From an uncultured Pseudomonadota bacterium (GTDB taxonomy: Bacteria > Pseudomonadota > Alphaproteobacteria > RF32 > CAG-239): 64,000 bases of DNA. The stretch lies in assembly GCA_949300375.1 (NCBI GenBank), contig CASGEB010000007.1, positions 7,439 to 71,438 on the forward strand, in the 5' to 3' direction. The notes under the pieces are model-generated. The model saw nothing but the letters and a program-made list of their open reading frames with translations, had not been told where the DNA came from and searched no databases. The position numbers and the translations under genes were made by a program. This document shows positions 39,059 to 46,652 of this stretch, one piece after another (within the stretch, counting starts at the first letter, position 1; every line of letters starts with the position of its first letter).

Positions 39059-39416
39059 TCCAAGCGTTTTCAATATGCTTAATCTGCAGCGGAAAAGAAA
39101 TTAAAACAGCGTCAAACCGGCAATCATATCCGGCATATTGCGGATTTTTCTGCAAAAAAGATTCAGCCCCGCGGATAATACGCTGCTGCTGGCGGCTGCT
39201 AACGGCATAAGCGGCTTTGTTCAAATCGGAGCGTTTTTTGACCTCAACAAAAACCAAAAGATTTGCCCGGGCGGCAATAATATCAACTTCGCCGGCATTT
39301 GTTCCGCGGCCGGTTATATAATTTCGGGCAAGAATGCGAAAGCCCTTTAACCGGAGATAATTGCGGGCAACAAATTCGGCGGTTTTTCCAAACTTATATG
39401 AATTGTTATTTTTCAT
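39051..39416 (-). CDS. yraN: YraN-family (UPF0102) predicted endonuclease
   Basis: 121 aa. GKTAEFVARNYLRLKGFRILARNY...GEVDIIA...LVFVEVK pattern. Confidence 0.75.
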   Translation of the reverse strand: MKNNNSYKFGKTAEFVARNYLRLKGFRILARNYITGRGTNAGEVDIIAARANLLVFVEVKKRSDLNKAAYAVSSRQQQRIIRGAESFLQKNPQYAGYDCRFDAVLISFPLQIKHIENAWIS

Positions 39417-40242
39417 TTTTTATTTTCAGCGCCAGTTCATAAACTTCATTTTTATTCAGGCCGTATTCGTCTACCAGCGTTTTGACTGCCGATTTTAAGC
39501 TCATTTCAGACAATTTTTCGGTCAGCAGGGCAGAAATATCTGTCTTTTCTGCGCTTTTTTCTTCTGCCGGAGCCACCATAAAGACAAACTCGCCTTTCGG
39601 TTCTTTTTCGGTAAAAAGGGCGGACAGTTCTTCTGCCGTCCCGGTCAGACATTCTTCATAAACTTTGCTGATTTCGCGAACGACAGCAATTTCCCTGCCG
39701 CCGAAAACTTCTTTTGCCGCTGCCAGGGTTTTTAAGATACGCGGCGCCGTTTCATAATAAACTACCGTTGCATCCAATCCGGCGTAAGACTTGAATAATT
39801 CAATCCGCGCCTTATCTTTATTGGGAATAAAACCGGCAAACATAAATTTGTTGGTCGGCAGACCCGACAACTGGAGCGCACAAATCAATGCGCAGGCACC
39901 AGGCAAAACCGTTACATAAACACCTTGCGTCCGGCAGCGGCGGATCAGCTTATAACCGGGGTCGGATATCAGCGGAGAACCGGCATCGCTAACCAGCGCA
40001 ACGGCTTGCCCGCCGTCCAAAATAATATTTATCAGTTTCTGCGCCTGTTCTTCTTCATTGTGGTCATGCAGCGTTATAAACGTTTTTTTCAAGCTGATGC
40101 CTAACAAGGAAAAAAGTTTTTTGGTTATTCTGGTATCTTCGCAGGCAATGACCGGCGCCTCCCGCAGCGTTTCTGCCGCACGGGAAGAAATGTCTCCAAG
40201 ATTGCCTATCGGCGTTGCAACGATGTATAATCCGTTTTTCAT
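39406..40242 (-). CDS. rsmI: 16S rRNA (cytidine1402-2'-O)-methyltransferase
   Basis: 278 aa. LYIVATPIGNLGDIS and CEDTR motifs. Confidence 0.9.
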   Translation of the reverse strand: MKNGLYIVATPIGNLGDISSRAAETLREAPVIACEDTRITKKLFSLLGISLKKTFITLHDHNEEEQAQKLINIILDGGQAVALVSDAGSPLISDPGYKLIRRCRTQGVYVTVLPGACALICALQLSGLPTNKFMFAGFIPNKDKARIELFKSYAGLDATVVYYETAPRILKTLAAAKEVFGGREIAVVREISKVYEECLTGTAEELSALFTEKEPKGEFVFMVAPAEEKSAEKTDISALLTEKLSEMSLKSAVKTLVDEYGLNKNEVYELALKIKNEK

Positions 40243-40322
40243 ATTATCTCTTCTTTACAACAGCTTATTTTTACTTTAAACATTATGCAGATGATTGTTT
40301 TATATTTTGGGAAAAAAAGCAA

Positions 40323-41708
40323 GTGTTAAAAAAATTCAGTCTGGCCGTTCTGTGTCTGGTTATAGCCGGTTGCGGAACTTCGCGAATCAATACAACCGGA
40401 GGCGTGCGGGATATTAATACCGATATTTCCGAAGTTACGCTGACATCAGACAGCTATCAGAACGAGCAGTTGTTTCGCGTCGGGATGCTGCTGCCGCTCA
40501 CGGGAAGCGCCTCTACCGTTGGAAAAGGCCTGAAAAACGCAGCCCTTTTAGCACTTGACGATGTTCAAAATCCTAATCTGGTTCTGCAATTTTATGATAC
40601 GCAAAGTTCACAAAGCGGCGCCCGGATAGCCGTTGAAAACGCCGTTTCCCAGCAGTCCGACCTGATTGTCGGCCCTTTGATGAGCACTGAAGTTCAGGCC
40701 TCTTCCGGACGCGCCGTATCCGACAATATTCCGATGATTGCTTTTTCTACCTCCAAAGACGTTTTGCAGCCGGGCGTTTATACGCTCGGACTTTTGATTG
40801 ACGAGCAGGTCGAAAGAATTATGAATTATGCCGCGGCGGAAGGCAGAAGCCGTTTTGCATTGTTGATTCCCGATAACAATCTTGGCATTTCCGTTGCCCG
40901 GGCTGCCGTTCGTACGGCTCAGAAAAACGGCACAAAAGTTGTGCGTATTGCTTTTTATCCGCCCAATACTTCCAATTTTTCAGAGATATTGAAAAAACTG
41001 ACCGATTATTCAACCCGGCATGCCGAAATGCAGCGGCAAAAAGCTATTTTGAAAGCTCAGGCCAAAGCCGGCAACGCTAATGCCAAAAGGGAACTTGCCT
41101 TGATTAAAACAACAGATTCATCCGACGAGGTTGATTTTGACGCCGTTTTAATCCCGGAATCGGGTGCTAAACTGAAGTCGGCAATTTCAATGTTCGGTTA
41201 TTATGACATTTATGCTCCGAAAGTAAAATTTCTCGGCACCTCTATTTGGGAAAACACCAGATTGAACAAGGAATCTTTGATTGTCAACAGCTGGTATCCG
41301 CGGCTTTCCCGTTATCAAAGCGGCTATTTTGCCGATAAATATTATAAATTTTACGGCGAAAGACCCCGAAGCCTGTATTCTTTTGCCTATGATGCCGTAG
41401 CCCTGGCTTCCGCATTATCAAAATATCAGGGAGACAATATAAACGCCGCCATTACCAGCCCGGAAGGCTTTATGGGAATTAACGGCACTTTCCGCTTTTT
41501 TGAAGACGGAAGCAATCAGCATAGCCTGGACATTATGGAAATCAGGCCGCAAAGTGATGTTGTGGTTGATGCCGCTCCAAAGAAATTTGACGTTTTTGAT
41601 TATACAATATCTTACAATAACGCCTTTTATGATTTTTCAGAAGAAGAATCTCCTTTGATTTTTGGAAAAGATCCGGCACTTGCCCGTTCGCAAATTTATG
41701 CCCGTTAG
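40323..41708 (+). CDS. LpoA/LppC-like lipoprotein with periplasmic-binding-protein fold (penicillin-binding protein activator candidate)
   Basis: GTG start gives VLKKFSLAVLCLVIAGC (lipobox). Type-1 PBP-like body. Divergent from rsmI as in E. coli lpoA. The track start at 40215 is unlikely. Confidence 0.55.
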   Translation: MLKKFSLAVLCLVIAGCGTSRINTTGGVRDINTDISEVTLTSDSYQNEQLFRVGMLLPLTGSASTVGKGLKNAALLALDDVQNPNLVLQFYDTQSSQSGARIAVENAVSQQSDLIVGPLMSTEVQASSGRAVSDNIPMIAFSTSKDVLQPGVYTLGLLIDEQVERIMNYAAAEGRSRFALLIPDNNLGISVARAAVRTAQKNGTKVVRIAFYPPNTSNFSEILKKLTDYSTRHAEMQRQKAILKAQAKAGNANAKRELALIKTTDSSDEVDFDAVLIPESGAKLKSAISMFGYYDIYAPKVKFLGTSIWENTRLNKESLIVNSWYPRLSRYQSGYFADKYYKFYGERPRSLYSFAYDAVALASALSKYQGDNINAAITSPEGFMGINGTFRFFEDGSNQHSLDIMEIRPQSDVVVDAAPKKFDVFDYTISYNNAFYDFSEEESPLIFGKDPALARSQIYAR

Positions 41709-41772
41709 GATTTTTAGCATAATAACTCAGATTTTGCTTGAAAAGTAAAGCAAAACAGATGATATTAAAAAA

Positions 41773-41863
41773 CGGAGAGCGCCGGACCGGCTGCCCGCCA
41801 ATCTGGTCAGGTTCGAGAGGAAGCAGCCATAACGGGATTTGACGGGGTCGGTTGTTCTCCACC
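41773..41863 (+). ncRNA. ffs: signal recognition particle RNA (4.5S, small type)
   Basis: Contains the conserved domain IV sequence GGTCAGGTTCGAGAGGAAGCAGCC. The 5' GGAGAGCGCCGGACCG pairs with the 3' CGGGGTCGGTTGTTCTCC, followed by T6. Sits immediately upstream of dnaX. Confidence 0.8.
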
Positions 41864-41881
41864 TTTTTTAAGAATACGACA

Positions 41882-43624
41882 ATGGCTGAAGATAATAAAG
41901 ATCAATATGTTGTTTTAGCAAGAAAATACCGTCCGCAGAGTTTTGACGACCTGCTCGGGCAGGATGCGCTTGTGCAGACCCTTACCAACGCCATTCAAAA
42001 CAACCGTCTGCACCATGCTTATATGCTGACGGGAATCCGAGGCGTCGGAAAAACAACAACAGCCAGAATCATTGCCAAAGCATTGAACTGCACCGGTCCG
42101 GACGGTAAAGGCGGCCCGACGGTTCATCCCTGCGGCGTGTGCGAAAACTGCAAAGCAATCGCCGCCGACCGGCATATTGACGTTATGGAACTTGATGCCG
42201 CTTCCCGTACCGGCGTGGACGACATTCGCGAAATTCTTGACGGCGTACGTTATAAACCAACCAACGCTCGTTATAAAATATATATCATCGACGAAGTTCA
42301 TATGCTTTCAAAAAACGCATTCAATGCCTTATTGAAGACTTTGGAAGAGCCGCCGTCGCATGTTAAATTTATTTTTGCCACGACCGAAATCCGCAAAGTT
42401 CCGGTTACCGTACTTTCCCGCTGCCAGCGCTTTGATTTGCAACGACTGACGATTGACACGCTGTTTAATCATTTTAAAAATATTATCGGAAAAGAAGGCC
42501 TGCAGGCGGAAGACGAAGCCTTAAAAATCATTGCCAAAGCGGCCGATGGTTCCTGCCGAGACGGCTTGTCGCTGCTTGACCAGGCTATTTCTCTGAGTGC
42601 CGGCGGTATAGTCAAGACCGATATTGTCAAAAATATGATCGGCCTGGCCGACAGAAATCAGACGTTTGAACTTTTTGAACAATTGGCAGAAGGCAAAACC
42701 AAAGATATGCTGGAGAATTTGCAGGAACAATACCGCAACGGCGCCAATCCGGTTACAATTTTGCAAGACCTTGTCAATATAACTCATATGATTGCCAAAA
42801 CAAAAATTATTCCGGCCGCACTGAACGGTTCTGACCTCTCGGAAAGCGAAAAAGAGCTTTGTACAAAGCTCGGCCCGAAAATCCCGATTGCCGTGCTGTC
42901 AAAAATCTGGCAAATGCTGCTGAAAGGAATCGCCGAACTGTCTGTTGCTCCGGTACAGATTGACGCCGTGGAAATGATTTTAATCCGGATTGCTTACGCG
43001 GCCGGCCTACCAACGCCTTATGAACTTTTAAATGACGTAAAAAAAAACTCTAGCCTAGCCACTCCGCTTATTATGCCGGAAAAAAAAAGTGCTGACGACA
43101 TCTTAAAAGCCGTCGGCAGCGGAAAAAAAATAAGCCCGGTGCTGATTGATGCCTCAAATGAGGTTCCGACCGGGGATTTTCTGACTTTTTCTTCTCCCGA
43201 GCAACTTGTCGATTATCTGGAAAACAACAAAAAAATGCTGTTGGCTTACAGCTTGAAAAATGATGTTTCCATCTGCGAATTTCGCGACGGCTATATTAAA
43301 ATGACGCTGGACAAGAAAGCGGATACCGATTTTATTATGACTCTGCACAAAATGCTGCTTGAAGTTACAGGTAAACAATGGAAAATCGACTCGCAGCACG
43401 GCGAACTGGGCGTTACTTTGGCAGCAAAAGAACGCGCCAAAGACGAAGAGGCCAAAAAAGACATTATGGAATATCCTCTGGTCAAGGCGATTATGGCGGA
43501 ATTTAAAGGCGCCAGAATCGAGACCATGACCAGAAACATTATAGAAAACGAGCAAAATTCGTTATTAAACAGCTTTGATGACGAACTCGGCGAAAATGAA
43601 AATTATACCAATGATGAGGAGTAA
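41882..43624 (+). CDS. dnaX: DNA polymerase III subunits tau/gamma
   Basis: ARKYRPQSFDDLLGQ, GIRGVGKTT and IDEVHML motifs. ATG 41882 (MAEDNKDQY) is preferred because the track start overlaps ffs. Confidence 0.92.
   Translation: MAEDNKDQYVVLARKYRPQSFDDLLGQDALVQTLTNAIQNNRLHHAYMLTGIRGVGKTTTARIIAKALNCTGPDGKGGPTVHPCGVCENCKAIAADRHIDVMELDAASRTGVDDIREILDGVRYKPTNARYKIYIIDEVHMLSKNAFNALLKTLEEPPSHVKFIFATTEIRKVPVTVLSRCQRFDLQRLTIDTLFNHFKNIIGKEGLQAEDEALKIIAKAADGSCRDGLSLLDQAISLSAGGIVKTDIVKNMIGLADRNQTFELFEQLAEGKTKDMLENLQEQYRNGANPVTILQDLVNITHMIAKTKIIPAALNGSDLSESEKELCTKLGPKIPIAVLSKIWQMLLKGIAELSVAPVQIDAVEMILIRIAYAAGLPTPYELLNDVKKNSSLATPLIMPEKKSADDILKAVGSGKKISPVLIDASNEVPTGDFLTFSSPEQLVDYLENNKKMLLAYSLKNDVSICEFRDGYIKMTLDKKADTDFIMTLHKMLLEVTGKQWKIDSQHGELGVTLAAKERAKDEEAKKDIMEYPLVKAIMAEFKGARIETMTRNIIENEQNSLLNSFDDELGENENYTNDEE
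43039..43053 (+). other. candidate slippage site 1 in dnaX: A9 run with TAG two codons into the -1 frame
   Basis: Zero frame is GTA AAA AAA AAC TCT AGC CTA. The -1 frame reads AAA CTC TAG (43051-43053). The +1 frame reads ACT CTA GCC TAG (43056-43058). Confidence 0.4.
43080..43095 (+). other. candidate slippage site 2 in dnaX: A9 run with TGA in the -1 frame, followed by a hairpin
   Basis: Zero frame is GAA AAA AAA AGT GCT GAC. The -1 frame reads AAG TGC TGA (43093-43095). GCTGACGAC...GTCGGCAGC (one mismatch) starts 3 nt after the run. Confidence 0.4.
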
Positions 43625-43633
43625 CAAAAAACA

Positions 43634-43954
43634 ATGATGAATATTCAGAGAATTATGAAACAGGCTCAGGCCATGCAGAAAAAAATGGAAGAAATGCAGG
43701 AAAAGCTTGCCCAGGAAGAATGCGAAGGGTCTTCCGGCGGCGGCATGGTCAAAGTTACGCTGAACGGCAAATTCGATATGAAGAAGATTGTTATTGACAA
43801 GTCGTTGGTGAATCCGGAAGAGACCGATATATTGGAAGATTTGATTACCGCCGCTTATAATGACGCCAAAAACAAAGTTGACGCCAATATGCAAAAGGGC
43901 GTTTCCGACGTAACCGGCGGTTTGAACCTCGGCGGGCTGAAACTGCCGTTCTAG
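43634..43954 (+). CDS. ybaB: nucleoid-associated protein YbaB/EbfC
   Basis: 106 aa. MQKKMEEMQ...GGGMVKVTLNG pattern. Located between dnaX and recR. Confidence 0.88.
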   Translation: MMNIQRIMKQAQAMQKKMEEMQEKLAQEECEGSSGGGMVKVTLNGKFDMKKIVIDKSLVNPEETDILEDLITAAYNDAKNKVDANMQKGVSDVTGGLNLGGLKLPF

Positions 43955-43964
43955 GAGAGTTCTG

Positions 43965-44561
43965 TTGGCCGGACAAGATATTGAAAAATTGATAAAACTT
44001 GTATCTAAACTGCCATCTTTGGGGACACGTTCCGCCCGCAGGATTGTTTTGCAGCTGCTCAAAAAGAAAGAAACACTGTTTCTGCCCTTAATCGAATCTA
44101 TGCAGCAGGTGGCAGAAAATATCAAAACCTGCGAAATCTGCGGTAATTATGATACAACGTCGCCCTGCTCTATTTGTTCATCCCAAGTGCGGGAGAATCA
44201 TATTTTATGCGTTGTGCAAGACGTGGCCGATTTATGGGCGATGGAGAGGGTTTCTTTTTTCAAAGGAAAATACCACGTTCTGGGCGGTATTCTCTCTGCT
44301 ATCGACGGAATAACGCCCGAGGATTTGAATATTGAGCCGCTGTTAAAGCGAATCGATGAAAAAGGCATTAAAGAAATCATTTTGGCACTGCCGGCAACGG
44401 TAGACGGACAGATTACCGCAAATTACATCAATTCCCGCCTGAAAAATCGTGAAGATATTAAAGTCTCAACTCTGGCACAGGGGATTCCGATGGGCGCGGA
44501 ACTTGACTATATGGATGAAGGCACTATTCAACTGGCTCTTAATGCCCGTAAACTTTTGTAA
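43965..44561 (+). CDS. recR: recombination protein RecR
   Basis: 198 aa. LPSLGTRSARR HhH, C4 zinc finger CEICGNY...CSIC, Toprim. TTG start with an AGGAGAG SD. Confidence 0.93.
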   Translation: MAGQDIEKLIKLVSKLPSLGTRSARRIVLQLLKKKETLFLPLIESMQQVAENIKTCEICGNYDTTSPCSICSSQVRENHILCVVQDVADLWAMERVSFFKGKYHVLGGILSAIDGITPEDLNIEPLLKRIDEKGIKEIILALPATVDGQITANYINSRLKNREDIKVSTLAQGIPMGAELDYMDEGTIQLALNARKLL

Positions 44562-44573
44562 AGGAAATTTATA

Positions 44574-45059
44574 ATGAAAAATAAAATTGGCTACTTTCTG
44601 GCTTCTTATTTCGGCGTCGGCTATTTTCCCTTTGCCTCAGGGACGGCAGGATCTTTGATGACGCTTCCATTGGCTATGCTGGCCGGATATTTCGGCGGAG
44701 CAACAGGAATTATCATTACGGCTGTTTTGGTTTTTGCCGCCGGCGTATGGGCAACAAACGAGGTTTTAAAGACTTCTGAAAACAAAGATCCATCATTGGT
44801 CGTTATTGATGAAACGGCCGGACAACTGGTCAGCTTTTCTCTGGTCGGCAATTTGCTTTATCAGAGTTTTGACAACTGGTATCTGTACGTTATCGGCTTT
44901 GTTTTGTTCCGGGTTTTTGACATTATCAAAATGGGACCGGTCAAGTGGGCGGATTCCAAACTGCATAATGCCTGGGGCGTTATGCTTGACGATGTTTTCG
45001 CCGGAATTTTTGCAGCGGTTTTGCTGTTGGGAATTGAGAAATATTTTATGGCTTTTTAA
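44574..45059 (+). CDS. pgpA: phosphatidylglycerophosphatase A
   Basis: 161 aa. GTAGSL and VIDETAGQ motifs, multi-TM. Confidence 0.85.
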   Translation: MKNKIGYFLASYFGVGYFPFASGTAGSLMTLPLAMLAGYFGGATGIIITAVLVFAAGVWATNEVLKTSENKDPSLVVIDETAGQLVSFSLVGNLLYQSFDNWYLYVIGFVLFRVFDIIKMGPVKWADSKLHNAWGVMLDDVFAGIFAAVLLLGIEKYFMAF

Positions 45060-45070
45060 TTAGAAGGAAA

Positions 45071-45095
45071 GGGGAACTTGTTCCCCCTTTTTTTA
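45071..45095 (+). terminator. rho-independent terminator after pgpA
   Basis: GGGGAA CTTG TTCCCC followed by CTTTTTTT. Confidence 0.6.
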
Positions 45096-45372
45096 TTTTC
45101 CCCCTAGGGGATTTTTTCTATTTTTATTGTTACTTTTTTGGTGCCAAAAAATCTTTTCCTTACTTCTTGTTTTGTTTTTTTATCCGAAATTATTTTTTCT
45201 TTGTTACTTTTTGGGTGCCAAAAAGTAACCAAAAAGGCAGCCCTCTCTCGCTTTCTAGGCTTTCAAGAAAAAGTTAGGGTCGCTACGCTCTCTACCATTG
45301 TACTTCAATTTTATCTCTTTTTCTTAAAAGCCAAGAAGTTGCTCGCGAAGGGCAAGGTCTAACTCCCCCTTT

Positions 45373-45405
45373 CCCCCTCTTATCAAAGAGGGGGAATTAT
45401 TTTTA
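45373..45405 (+). terminator. terminator-like hairpin
   Basis: CCCCCTCTT ATCA AAGAGGGGG perfect 9-bp stem followed by AATTATTTTT. Confidence 0.4.
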
Positions 45406-45563
45406 AGCACTGTCATTCTCGGGCTTGAAGTCGATAGTTGGTGAGAACGAGTGCAAATCTCTAGCTTTAGCTTAGATTTGTACGAAGTTCGAACCCTACG
45501 GGACGCAATTGCATTCGGCGTCGCGTGCCGCAGGCACTGGGACTGCCGGATAAAATCGCTGAG

Positions 45564-45635
45564 CTACGGCAGGTACGCGGCCAGTTGACGGCATTGTGCT
45601 GCAGAGGCCGCGGTATGATAATAAAACTTTCCCAT
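45564..45635 (-). CDS. possible 23-aa ORF with a consensus SD inside a structured GC-rich region
   Basis: Own translation: MGKFYYHTAASAAQCRQLAAYLP. AAGGAG (45643-45648) lies 7 nt upstream. May be coincidental. Confidence 0.2.
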   Translation of the reverse strand: MGKFYYHTAASAAQCRQLAAYLP

Positions 45636-45654
45636 TTTTTAGCTCCTTCGTTTT

Positions 45655-45860
45655 GTTAAAAACAAAATCCGCCTAAAAAACAGGCGGATGGAGCCGAAAA
45701 ACTGCATAGACCAGTTATGGCTATTCGTCGTGCGGGCACGCTTATATCGGATACTCCGCTGAAGCGGAATATTGTTTACAAGATGTTTTTGAGACACCAC
45801 AGTCCGTCTCCGGACCGCGTGAATTATATTAAACGAATCTATGCTTTTTGTACGCGCCTT
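45655..45860 (-). ncRNA. candidate structured RNA element, copy 2 (paralog of 21134-21314)
   Basis: Downstream of cvpA on the minus strand. Shares conserved blocks with copy 1. Ends in ATCCGCC/GGCGGAT hairpin (45667-45689) plus TTTTGTTTTT on the minus strand. Confidence 0.35.
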
Positions 45861-45910
45861 TTTGAGGGAGGGAGGATGTGTCCCGGATGATACAGACCTA
45901 ATTGTTTAAC

Positions 45911-46636
45911 TTAATGGATATTATCAATCAACCGGTCAAGATTATCCCTTTCCAGTTTATTATAGCCTTCTTCCACTTGTTCATCGAGCTTTTTAGCTTT
46001 CTCAACATCTTTTTTGAACTTTTTGACCTGCGGCTGAGTCAGTTTGTCAAACAGTGCCTGAGCTTCTTTTTGCTTTCTTTCTTCTTTGGCAACAGCTTCT
46101 TTCTTTTTGTCTTCTTCCTCTTTACCGTTCATCTCTTCGGCCTTTTTACGGATGCTTTCCAAAGTTTCTTCCGGTATCAGGTTTTCAATCGGTTTGGCAA
46201 AATTGCCGGCAATGTTAAAATATTTTGATTCCTGCAAAACTTCCGGCTGCTTGTCGTGCGGCATAATCCAGCTCAGCAGGATATAAACCAGGACAATCAG
46301 CAGAAAAGCTCTCGCTATGCCGAAAAACAGCCCCAGAATCCTGTCCAGAGAGCTCATTTTGGATATTCGGATATCGTTGATAATCCCGCTGGTGGAAACA
46401 TTCCAGATTATCATAAAAACAATCAGAATGCTTAAGGCGGTGATGATTCCGCCAATCATCCCTTCGGCAATATATTTTTCCGTCAGAGGATTTAAGACCG
46501 GGAGGAGATAAATAACGGCAATCGTACCCAGAACCCAGCCGATAATCGACAAGACTTCTTTTACCAGGCCGCGGCTCAGCGCTATCAGTCCGGAAATTCC
46601 GACTACAAACAGAATTATGACGTCTACGTTATTCAT
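45911..46636 (-). CDS. cvpA: CvpA-family membrane protein with K/E-rich C-terminal tail
   Basis: 241 aa. N-terminus DVIILFVVGISGLIALSRGLVKEVLSIIGWVLG and four TM helices typical of CvpA. Confidence 0.8.
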   Translation of the reverse strand: MNNVDVIILFVVGISGLIALSRGLVKEVLSIIGWVLGTIAVIYLLPVLNPLTEKYIAEGMIGGIITALSILIVFMIIWNVSTSGIINDIRISKMSSLDRILGLFFGIARAFLLIVLVYILLSWIMPHDKQPEVLQESKYFNIAGNFAKPIENLIPEETLESIRKKAEEMNGKEEEDKKKEAVAKEERKQKEAQALFDKLTQPQVKKFKKDVEKAKKLDEQVEEGYNKLERDNLDRLIDNIH

Positions 46637-46652
46637 CTTTTACCCTTTAACT

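Noticed and set aside
45138-45362. 74-aa plus-strand ORF with a lipobox-like LLLFGC and a terminator-like hairpin just downstream
   Set aside because: It needs a TTG or GTG start with no SD. Its N-terminal part is made of the two 25-bp direct repeats, and the mature part has an odd composition. Kept only as a remark inside the intergenic-region finding.
45400-45900. Possibility that the structured region is tmRNA (two-piece alphaproteobacterial type), RNase P RNA or 6S RNA
   Set aside because: I found no ANDN...AA-type tag reading frame, no GGTTCGA-type T arm with a matching stem plus ACCA acceptor end, and no RNase P GAGGAAAGTCC/ACAGAAA blocks. 6S RNA cannot be judged by eye. It needs a covariance-model search.
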